A DNA stretch of 63,885 nucleotides, the filler included, from Guillardia theta CCMP2712 (lineage: Eukaryota > Protista > Cryptophyta), in assembly GCF_000315625.1 (NCBI RefSeq). It is 6 parts of 6 records of this genome, joined end to end, with 100 filler letters (N's around TTAATTAATTAA, not from the genome) between each part and the next. Parts side by side here need not be neighbours in the genome. Positions count along the whole stretch, not along the records: positions 20,769 to 28,195 come from NW_005434234.1; positions 28,296 to 57,952 come from NW_005434417.1; 4 more parts are not named here. One strand, 5' to 3'. The notes beneath the pieces were generated by a model, which was given only the letters and a program-made list of their open reading frames with translations, was not told the DNA's origin and did not search any database. The translations under genes and the position numbers were made by a program. This document shows positions 25,710 through 36,101 of this stretch, in pieces (positions within the stretch are counted from its first letter, which is position 1; each line of letters opens with the position of its first letter).

Positions 25710-26775
25710 ATGGCGGAATCCCAAACCTCCGACAGGGAGCGGCGAAGGTTGGAGCAGCAAAGCCTGAGAATGTCGGAGATGTTGCAGGAGGGTGCTGTTG
25801 AGAGAGGAACCAAGGGTTCGAGAGCGAGCAGAGCAGTCACACAAGACCTCCTGGCTGCTGAAGACCTGGAGGCTCAACGGCTCAGGAGGCAGGAGCAGTA
25901 CCTGCATGCTCTCCAGCAGCAGCAGGAGGGAGGAGAGGAGGAAGAGTCGCACTCGGCTACTGTTCGCCGCCGGATCTCTAGGGTGGTGACGAAGGGAGAT
26001 GTGGCTGTGGTTGATGATGATGAGGAGGAGATTGTTCCGGAGCAGTCGCAGGAGGGTCCAAGTGAGAGGAGGGTGCCTGCTGTGATGAAGCGAGTCAGTG
26101 CGAGAGCGAGAGTATCCCATCGGCACGAGGACAAGAGCAAATTCGTTGAGATAGAGGAGGAGGAGCGGCAGGAGGAGGAGCGGCAGGAGGAGGAGAGGCA
26201 GGAGGAGGAGAGGCAGGAGGAGGAGTGGCAGGAGCGGCAGGAGGAGGAGGAGGATCCAAGACTTAGGGCAGGAAGTGAAGGAAGGAGGAGGAACGTACAT
26301 TCCCACGAGGATGGAGAGCGAGGGGACGGAACCTCTGTGCCTGGCATGCCCAGCAGGCGAGGTGCAGGAGACGGACGGAAGGCCGTCATGGAAGACGAGG
26401 AGGAGGAACAAGGCAGAGGCGTGGGAGGGAGAGCGCAGACACAATCGCTGTGTGAGGAAGAGGAGGAAGAGCACCTTAGTAGTTCGAGAGAGCGAGAGGA
26501 GACTGATGTCTCCTACCACCGCAACGAGGTATCCTCCTCGTCCTCGTCCTCGTCGTCGTCCTCGTCCTCGTCCTCGTCCTTCTCCTCCTCCTTTCTGCTG
26601 CTGATCCTCCTTGCTTCTGCTCCTTCCTTGAGGACTGACATTTTCTTTCCAGCAACAACTCCGTCCTAGGTTTACCCCCCAACTTCCTCCTGCTCCTGCT
26701 CCTGCTCCTGCTCCTTCTCCTGCTCCTGCTCCTGCTGCTCCTGCTCCTACCCCTGCTCCTGCTCCTGCTCCTACC

Positions 26776-26814
<39 letters not shown>

Positions 26815-26817
26815 ACC

Positions 26818-26904
<87 letters not shown>

Positions 26905-27950
26905 CCCCATCTCTCATAGTCAGTGACACCTTCAGTCTCCTCACCACATGCTGCCAGCCGCCGACGTGATGTCATCCCAAAAGAACATCAGGGCAGCGAA
27001 CAGCGTGAATCTCCTCCTCCTCCTCTCTCCTCCTCTCTTCCTGCCCATTCCACCCCTCCCCCGCCGCTCTCTCCCCCTGCTCCTCCTCCGCCTCCTCCAG
27101 TTCAAGCTTCTCGTTCAATCCGTCTTCCTCTTGCTACATCCCTGCATCCCCCTCCCCTCCCTCCGCCACCTCCTCCCCCTCTCCCTCCTCCGCCAGTCAC
27201 TGCAGTCGACGGCAGCAGTACACCAGGTTGTCTTCCTGTTCTCAGAAGCCCCCTCCTCGTCCTCGTCCTCGTCCTCGTCCTCCTCTTTGTGCTGCTCCTG
27301 TCGCTGCTGCTCCTGCTCCTTCGCCTCCTAATCAACCGGTTCTTTCAGACCTGCATGGCGACATGTGGCGGCAGGAGGGCGAGGAAGGAGGGGAGGAGGG
27401 CAGCGAGGCAGCTGTCAGACTCTCAGACGCTCAGGCAGGAGCAACTCGTGCTTCCCTCGTCGCCTCCTTGACAGCCATGGCAGGCGAAGACCCGCCGGCT
27501 GCGATGGAAGGACGTCCATGGTGAAGTGACGGAGGAGGGGGAAGGAGGGGAAGGAGGAGGGGGAGGGAGGGAGGGAGGGAGGGAGGGAGGGAGGGAGGGA
27601 GGGAGGGAGGGAGGGAGGCGGGAGGAGGAGGGGTGAAGAAGTGACGGGACATGGGCAGGAGAGGCTCCTGCTGTTGTCGACGACATGGCGACAATGAGGT
27701 TGCAGGCGGTGATGGCGAGAAGATCTTCGGAGGAGAAGGTGAGGAGGGAGAAGAAGAGAGAGGGAGAGGGAGGGGAGGAGGAGGAGGAGGGAGGAGGAGG
27801 AGGAGGGTGAGGAGGGTGAGGAGGAGGGTGAGCAATTGGCAGGCATGGTCGAAGGGATCAAGTCAGGAGGAGGCTGCTGTTGGTGTGAAGGCGTCAAGTC
27901 GGTACAGGTGAGCTCAAGGTCAGCTGGAGTCTGCGGGGAGTGAGTGGACG
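25710..27950 (+). CDS. Hypothetical low-complexity acidic/proline-rich protein (multi-exon, partial)
   Basis: About 270 codons of charged open frame from 25710, followed by repeat-filled putative introns and Pro-rich segments. No domain recognised. Confidence 0.35.
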
Positions 27951-28040
27951 CAGGCAAGACGATAGTGAGAAGAAGATGAAGACGAAGATGAAGATGAAAA
28001 ACACGACAGTCAATGAGAAGCTGACGAGTGAACTCGGTGA

Positions 28041-28148
28041 GATGACGACGATGATGATGATGATGATGATGATGACGATGATGATGATGACGATGATGAT
28101 GATGACGATGATGATGATGATGATGATGATGACGATGATGATGATGAC
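28041..28148. repeat. (GAT/GAC)n trinucleotide microsatellite
   Basis: Direct reading. Confidence 0.95.
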
Positions 28149-28295
28149 AATGTCTATGTGTTTCTCACATCGTCTGTTTTCTTGTCAGATCTCACNNNNN
28201 NNNNNNNNNNNNNNNNNNNNNNNNNNNNNNNNNNNNNNNTTAATTAATTAANNNNNNNNNNNNNNNNNNNNNNNNNNNNNNNNNNNNNNNNNNNN

Positions 28296-31200
28296 ATCCA
28301 TCACATTTCGTCGGACACTGGCAGATCGGCATGCCATGGAGATAGCAGTCGAGCATCTGAGCATAGCGGTGCGGGAAGGCCTTGAGGGGGTAGTAGCTCG
28401 AGACTCGCATCGGAGAGGGGCTCAGGTCACGCTCAGGAAAATGAGCGAAGATGGTAGACTGCAAGACCCTATCCTGCGACTTGAGCGAGACATAGGATTT
28501 ACTGGCAGAAGGTAAAAAGTGCCTCAAGCAAAACAAAGCAGGAACAAGCTGAACCTCCAGGCACACAGTCCACAGCGAGAAGCTGCACAATCACACACAA
28601 AACACAAGCCCGAAAAGAACCAGCACTGCTGCCACCCAGACGCGGCAGCGCCAGCCCAAGCGCGAAGCCGCGCAGACAAGCAGCCTAAGGGTCAAGCAAT
28701 CAAGCAACAAGCAGCAGGAGCATGCAGGGAGGAATAAAAATCCCTTACACGCGATACCCGGAGGCAGCCGACTGACCACTGTCAGTCGAGACGTCCGCTG
28801 CCGCCACAAAGCGGGGGCGGCCGCCTCCAGCGTCAGCTGCATGGGTGAGGCGCTGATAGGTGGCGGCGCGTTTGCGAGCCAAGACCTCAGCAGCAGGGCC
28901 GTCATCAGGCACGAAGTGCCGACCAAACGCCGCATCCTCAAGAGGCATTGAGCGCTGAGCAANNNNNNNNNNNNNNNNNNNNNNNNNNNNNNNNNNNNNN
29001 NNNNNNNNNNNNNNNNNNNNNNNNNNNNNNNNNNNNNNNNNNNNNNNNNNNNNNNNNNNNNNNNNNNNNNNNNNNNNNNNNNNNNNNNNNNNNNNNNNNN
29101 NNNNNNNNNNNNNNNNNNNNNNNNNNNNNNNNNNNNNNNNNNNNNNNNNNNNNNNNNNNNNNNNNNNNNNNNNNNNNNNNNNNNNNNNNNNNNNNNNNNN
29201 NNNNNNNNNNNNNNNNNNNNNNNNNNNNNNNNNNNNNNNNNNNNNNNNNNNNNNNNNNNNNNNNNNNNNNNNNNNNNNNNNNNNNNNNNNNNNNNNNNNN
29301 NNNNNNNNNNNNNNNNNNNNNNNNNNNNNNNNNNNNNNNNNNNNNNNNNNNNNNNNNNAGTGGATTTACTGGCAGAAGGTAAAAAGTGCCTCAAGCAAAA
29401 CAAAGCAGGAACAAGCTGAACCTCCAGGCACACAGTCCACAGCGAGAAGCTGCACAAGCACACACAAAACACAAGCCCGAAAAGAACCAGCACTGCTGCC
29501 ACCCAGACGCGGCAGCGCCAGCCCAAGCGCGAAGCCGCGCAGACAAGCAGCCTAAGGGTCAAGCAATCAAGCAACAAGCAGCAGGAGCATGCAGGAGGAA
29601 TAAAATCCCTTACACGCGATACCCGGAGGCAGCCGACTGACCACTGTCAGTCGAGACGTCCGCTGCCGCCACAAAGCGGGCGGCCGCCTCCAGCGTCAGC
29701 TGCATGGTGAGGCGCTGATAGGTGGCGGCGCGTTTGCGAGCCAAGACCTCAGCAGCAGGGCCGTCATCAGGCACGAAGTGCCGACCAAACGCCGCATCCT
29801 CAAGAGGCATTGAGCGCTGAGCAATGATGTCCGCCAGATACCAGATGAAGCGGAGGGTGTCAGGATGCAGGGTACCGTCCGTCGAGATGGCAAGAGGGAT
29901 GAACGCTCGAGGAGGAGTAGTCATGGCATATGCAGCGCGATGTTTGCGAATGCGTCGAGGTTGACCTCCCCCCACTTGGTCAGGTCGGCAGAGCTACCAA
30001 TGTAAGGGTGGACCAACGTCACGTCCGCCATCAAGCCCTCGTACTGCTCGGACCCTCGATCGCGGATTCCAGGAATGCCAGTGGACCCGATAATGGATTT
30101 ACTGGCAGCCTCAAGCAAAACAAAGCAGGAACAAGCTAAACCTCCTGGCACACAGCGCACAGCGAGGAGCGGCACAATCACACACAAAACACAAGCCCGA
30201 AAAAAACCAGCACTGCTGGCACCCAGACGCGGCACCGCCAGCCCAAGCGCGAAGCCGTGGATATCGCCCTTCATCTGGCGGCCATGAGGATGGGAGGGTA
30301 CCTGCCGTCGAGAACGAGGATCCCCCACTGTATCGATGACGCTCTGAAGACCAGCTTCGTTCAGCATCGACCGAATCGTACGAGTAAGGTTGTCATGCGC
30401 CGTGGGAAGCTTGGAGGATCGGCGTTTGCAGGTCTGGAGATGATGTGCAGCAACGGAGGGATCGAGCTCGCGCTGACATCCATCACATTTCGTCGGACAC
30501 TGGCAGATCGGCATGCCATGGAGATAGCAGTCGAGCATCTGAGCATAGCGGTGCGGGAAGGCCTTGAGGGGGTAGTAGCTCGAGACTCGCATCGGAGAGT
30601 GGCTCAGGTCTCGCTCAGGAAAATGAGCTAAGATGGTAGACTGCAAGACCCTATCCTGCGACTTGAGCGAGTGTGTCCTGCGGCTGTGCAAGGTGAGGAT
30701 ATCACGCTGCTGATCGGTCAGCGCAGCGCGAGCATGCACATGGCGAGGGAAGACGCGCATGACAAGAGGGGTCACATTTCGCTGCGCAGGGGGAGGAATG
30801 AAGTGCTCATGAGACGAGTCGACGAGAGCGCGCAAACCAGGGATGTGTACCACTGATGCCGGGGGGCGTCCTGCGTCATCAGGCACAGCAGCCGGGGCAG
30901 GTGGGATCGCCGCGCCATCTGCAGCCGGACGGTGCAGGAGCCTTGACACGACGGTAGAGGATCGCTCCAGCATTATGAACGAAGTCGTGCGCCTCAACGA
31001 AGAAGGTCGCCAGAGGATGCTTCTGGGCACGGAGAGATCTCGAGCAGTGAACGTCCAGGCTATGAGGAGAGGGCAGCGTCCGGGACATCGGCTGGTCAGA
31101 GTACCAAGCGAGGAAGCGAGCGATAGCCGTATAGTAAACAGCGGGGTGTAGACCCTCAGAGGCGTCCCCTCCCCGACTATGCGGAAGCTCCCGCTTGAAC

Positions 31201-33090
31201 CTCGCAAACTCGAGCAGGTCGGGATGCGCGGCGAGGTACTGCGAGGAAGGCCAGCGGTGGTATTTCTCAAGCGCCAGGTGGACAGAGAGGTCAAAGCGAC
31301 GAATCTGTGACTGGACCCGCGGGAGAAACGGAGATGACCCCTGGAGGAAGAAGCGCAGCTTCTGGAGATGGCTCGCCCTCACCAGCGTCTTGAACATGAA
31401 GCCATGCTGGACGAGCCCGAGCTTCGAGAGCTCTTCGTTGAGGGTAGAAACCTTCGCTCGGAGCTGACTAGCATGAAATCCATCCGTGCCGATAGGCAGG
31501 CCGCCAAGTGTAATCCCGCCAGTGACGACCTCGAAGTGAAGAAGTTGAGTCTTGAGACGGCGCTTAAGGCTCTTCTTCAGCTGCGAGAGATCAGGGTGTT
31601 GATGCCAGGAGGGGATGTAAACTTTCGACTCGCGAGGTTGAATCTCTAGCTTCAGATCAGCCAACATGTACTTCTTCATAGCGGACGTAGCTGCAACGGC
31701 ATCCTCGAGTGGACCGACAAGCACGACGTTGTCAGCATAGGCCAAGACTCGAACAGAGGGAAAAAGATCTGCGATATGGAGGAGCAGGGGGTGGATACTG
31801 TGGCAGAAAAATACGCTGGAGGGGACATCGCCCTGACAGACGCCCGAGGTACACTGAACGGAGGCTGACTGACTTTTGTGAAAGAGTCGAAGGTCAGCAG
31901 AGTCTCCATAGTAGCTGGAGAGGTAGGAGGCGAACAAACGGAGATGCTCGCAAGAGGGCAAGCTTGCGCCTTCAGTGATGCTCCCATTAGTGCTATCAAA
32001 GTAGTCGCGACTCGCACGTCCCTCGATTGCATCGAAGAGAGCCTGGCGGTCGAGGGAGTTGAAGGCGTTCTTTGCATCCAAACTCACCAGCACTGTGGAG
32101 TATAGGATTTACTGGCAGAAGGTAAAAAGTGCCTCAAGCAAACAAAGCAGGAACAAGCTGAACCTCCTACGGAGAAAGGGCAGCCGCCGACAAGAGAGGA
32201 GCCGGCGTTGCCCGGGGGTCCGCCGGGGGCAGCGGACGGTGGCACCCACTGTGGGGTTGGCAACATCCTCATCATCACCGCTGAAGGGGCAGGAGCGCTG
32301 ACGCGGTTTGCGAGAACTTCAGACAGCCGTCTCGATCGAGTCCGAACTGAATCGCTCGAGGGTGAGACGAGAGGAAGTGCTGGTCAAGAAATGAGCGAAT
32401 CGCTGCCGAGGCAATGCCCAAGGACCGTCGTGACCCGACCGATGCCGGGGAGGAAGCAGGCGAGCTCGGACCAGCAGCAAGCACCCCAGTGGTGTCGAGC
32501 TCTCCGGAGGCACCCGACGTCACAGTGAGGGACGGAGACGCCTCGCCAGCTCCGCGCCGGTCGTCGGGGCCACTCGAAGGGTGTCCCCCATCGGAGTCGG
32601 AGACCTCCGGCGAAGACTCCTCGGGCGACTCGACAAAGTCCGAGGAGGAGCTGTCCTCTGGCTCGAGAAGTGCTTGCGCCCGCAAGGGCGTCATGCGCCT
32701 CGCACCAGACAGGAGCGCCTCCAGCGTCAGCTGCATGGTGAGGCGCTGATAGGTGGCGGCGCGTTTGCGAGCCAAGACCTCAGCAGCAGGGCCGTCATCA
32801 GGCACGAAGTGCCGACCAAACGCCGCATCCTCAAGAGGCATCGATGGATGCTGTGGCAGAAGAGTACGCTGCCACGGTTGTACGGATTTACTGGCAGAAG
32901 GTAAAAAGTGCCTCAAGCAAAACAAAGCGTTTAGCTTGTTCCTGCTTTAAATCCGTACTACCAGCGTACTCTTCTGCCACAGCATCCATCGACTCTACGC
33001 TGGAGGGAAAGAGTTTTACAGCGGCTGACTGATCCTTGTGGCAGTGAAAGAGTCGAAGGTCAGCAGAGTCTCAGCAGTAGCCCTTGAGGG
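28296..33090 (-). mobile_element. Cluster of 5'-truncated, rearranged CRE-like non-LTR retrotransposon copies (RT plus restriction-like endonuclease)
   Basis: RT motifs LDAKNAFNSLDR, SGVCQGDVPSSVFF, LAYADN and LGGLPIG. CCHC knuckle CDGC..HHLQTC, AHDNL, KGDI..MADVTLVHP and FIPLAISTDG. The element 3' terminus recurs at 28495, 29362, 30095, 32105, 32884 and inverted at 32954. Confidence 0.9.
29610..32093 (-). pseudogene. Disrupted RT-ZnF-endonuclease ORF of the largest retroelement copy
   Basis: Starts abruptly just before LDAKNAF, so the upstream RT motifs are missing. Split over three frames (30879-32093, 29921-31294, 29610-29975) and carries a 165-nt insertion. Confidence 0.85.
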
Positions 33091-33100
33091 AGGAGGGGGG

Positions 33101-33261
33101 GCTTAACTCGGTCAGCTTAACTCCTTGAGCTTAACTCGGTCAGCTTAACTCCTTGAGCTTAACTCGGTCAGCTTAACTCGTTGAGCTTAACTCGGTCAGC
33201 TTAACTCGTTGTGCTTAACTCGGTCAGCTTAACTCGTTGAGCTTAACTCGTTGAGCTTAGC
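33101..33261. repeat. 14-bp tandem array with 28-bp higher-order alternation (11 units)
   Basis: gcttaactcggtca alternating with gcttaactc(c/g)ttga. Confidence 0.95.
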
Positions 33262-33273
33262 TTTAATGGCTGC

Positions 33274-35661
33274 TCATTGAGCATCAAGATTTGCCGACGC
33301 GTGCGGGTGTCGCTTGTGCAGACCAGAAGAGACCTGAGGGCCCGTGAGCGATGGAGCAGCTCCTTCCATCAGCCTCACCGCGTCCGCGTCATCCGCTTGA
33401 CTGACAGTCTCAGCAGCTCCGCCAGCTGTGAGCAAGAGTGTTGAGAGGAGGCAGGGAAGCAAAGGGATCCTCACCTGACTGCTCCACAAGTTCGCTGCAG
33501 AGGTTGAGCAGGTCGCGGATCTCTCGTTGTCGTCCCTCCATAAACTTCAGCATGTGCTGCATCTTCAGCTTTCTGACAGGCGTGACCTCCGCCGTGCCCG
33601 CGCTCGACGGCTTGCGAGCCTCGTAAGTCTGAACGATGCTTGAGATGTGATTGCACTGCGAGCTGACCATGGGAAGCAGAACTTGCTGCAGCCGCAGCTT
33701 CAGCATGGTCAACTTGTTCGCTCTCTCTGCCTCTGCCATGTCACTCGCTGCAACGAGCGCGTCGATCTCGCTGGCCGTCACTTCCATCTGCTCTTCGAGA
33801 CAACGCTTAACAGGCTCGAGGGCAGAGATCTCTGGGGCCAGGAGGGAGGACACGAGCCCTTCGCTGGCAGCAGACGCTGACGGGCCCGTGGGCTGCTGCT
33901 AACACGTCAAGAGGTCTCAAGGCAGTCAAAGAGCTCACGCTTCCACTCGAGAGCTGCCCGGCCAGCAGGGACGGAAACGAAGTTGCGGGAGCCACGCCGG
34001 GGAGTCCGAAGAGTTGAGGGGGGAGGGGGGGCAGTGACGGAGGCGTGAAGGGTGAGGGAAACGAGAAGCCGGTGCCATGGCTGCGACAAGTCAAAAGATT
34101 GAGGGAGTGAGAGCGACAAAGAGATGAAATTTCATCGCCGCACCTCGTTTGCGGAGTTCTCAGCAAATCCACACCCACGGCTCGAGCGTGAGCAGCAGCT
34201 GCCGCCGAAGCTGCTGCTGCTGCTGCTGCCGCCGCCGCTTGTGGAGTTTGTGGAGAGTGAAAGGAGGACACATGAGGTTCAGTAAGGTTTCGACGCGCAA
34301 GGGAGCTCTCGGCAGCGTTAGAAGCATCGCGAGGTTCGGGCTGATGCGGATCAACGGCAGACGGGAGGTTCGAAGGTCGCACCTCCTCTCGGCTAAACGA
34401 GTTGGCGACTTGCCTGGCAGGACTGGGTGGGCGAGGCCTCTGGTACCATCAGAGTCAGCAGCGCCTCCTCTCTGACTCTCTCACCTGCTCTTGTCGCTGG
34501 TTCTGCACCTCTCGCTCGCCTGCTGCTTCTTCGGCTTGTGCTGGCACTGGCTGGGCGTTGTCAATCTCAACTTGCATACGACACGTCGGGCACTGGCTGT
34601 GCTCCTCCAACCAGGATCTCAGGCAATCGAAGTGGAAGATGTGACCGCAGGGCAACTTCTTGGCGTGAGGGGGCTGCATCTCTTCTCTGCAGATGATGCA
34701 AGTGTGATCCATCCTAGAGAGCTCTTCTGCCGTGGCGTTGGGGAACCTCGTGTTCATGTTGACAATCACTCTTCGATAGCGAATGAAATCAGCAATCCGC
34801 TTCTTAAAGTTCCCAAACGTGTTGTAGAGGTCCCTGACAATGTGTAGTGGAATTCCGTAAAAGGACAAGACGATTGAGAAGAAGATCAGATACACGAAGA
34901 GCTGAAAGAGGTCACTGATGAGATTCAAATAGAAGCTGTAAACTGCCTTGTTCGACCACCTTCCATGTCGTCTCATGTCAATGACATAGAGCATGTACTT
35001 CAAGAAGGTCGTTGTGATCGTGCTCGCGAGTATCACGTATTCGAATGCAAATAGAATCAGGAAGGAAGGGCCTTCCAAGAGAAGGGTTTTAGCTTGCCAA
35101 ACAAAGAAGAAACAATCAGTAGTGAACAAGATTCCCATCAGCATCAAAATTCGGATGTGAGTCAAAGTAGAGACCGCAAGCTCCGTATGGAAATGCTCCA
35201 CGCGGAATTGTGACAGCCAATGAAAGACTTTGACAAACAAGAGAACTGTGAACAGAAAGACAAAGCGAAACTTCAACTCCTCTCGGAATATGGTGAGAGC
35301 CAGACAAGTCTCGGTGACGGCAAACCAAATCTTCTCGTAGAGGCGAAGCTCTTCAGTTGGTCGCAAAGAACCGAGAAAGATCTGTAACCAAACACACTCA
35401 GCGACACCAACAGACTTCTCCTTGTGCACCTTGCGCACAAATTGCGCGAAGATTAAGGCAGCCACGAAGACCATGTTTCCCATCACCGTCACGCAGAGCT
35501 TGTTCGTCCCAAGATGAACAACGATGGGATAAAATTGCTTTCGCACCTAAAGAAACTTTCAAACATTGGAAGCACACAAAAGATTTCACCTGCACTGCAT
35601 GCGTAATGCATGCAACAGTGGCTAGAATGGAAAAGAGACAGTATGTGCGCACGCTGATCAT
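33274..35661 (-). CDS. HRD1: HRD1/synoviolin ERAD RING-H2 E3 ubiquitin ligase (multi-exon)
   Basis: KQFYPIVVHL, WFAVTETCLALTIFREE, LFAFEY, YGIPLHIVRDLY and RING CIICREEM..KKLPCGHIFHFDCLRSWLEEHSQCPTCR. Confidence 0.95.
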
Positions 35662-36101
35662 CGTTTTGGTAGAAACGCCACACGAGCAGAATGACTTGAA
35701 TCAAGATCCCGCAAGTTGCTCAAAGAAGGATCATTGAAAGAATTGATGAACTATAGCAGTTGCTTGGCTGCAAAACTTCCTGTACACAAAAGAGAATTCA
35801 CGTCAAAGTTCGGGCAAGGCCCTAAAAATATTTCACAATCGATTGTGACAAATAAACTTCCTCCCTTCCGCTGTTCTGTTCATCACAAAAAACTACCAGT
35901 TCTTCTGTTTTGATCTCTACTTCCCTCCCCTCTCTTCCCCCCCTTCTCTCATTTTGCCTCTGCTGTTCTCCCCTCCCCTCCCCTCCTTGCTGTACACATC
36001 TGTCGACCATGATCTGTATCTGTTCATTTCTATGCTCTCCCCTCCAATCTCCTCCTTGCTGTACGTATCTCTCTCGGCTATGATCTCGATCTATTCACTC
36101 G

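Noticed and set aside
25590-26975. Long low-complexity ORFs (poly-GA, poly-L, SR, GQ, CP, LSSPL), here and at 8207-9046 and 19056-20300
   Set aside because: These are translations of intronic microsatellites or antisense frames of real genes.
29368-29390. GCACTTTTTACC as U5 snRNA loop 1
   Set aside because: It does not match the invariant GCCUUUUAC, has no U5 stem or Sm site, and is part of the retroelement terminus.
28495-29610. Repeated ~250-bp segments as LTRs
   Set aside because: There are no TG..CA ends, PBS, integrase or protease. The RT and endonuclease are non-LTR type, and the repeats extend into the ORF as 3'-coterminal fragments.
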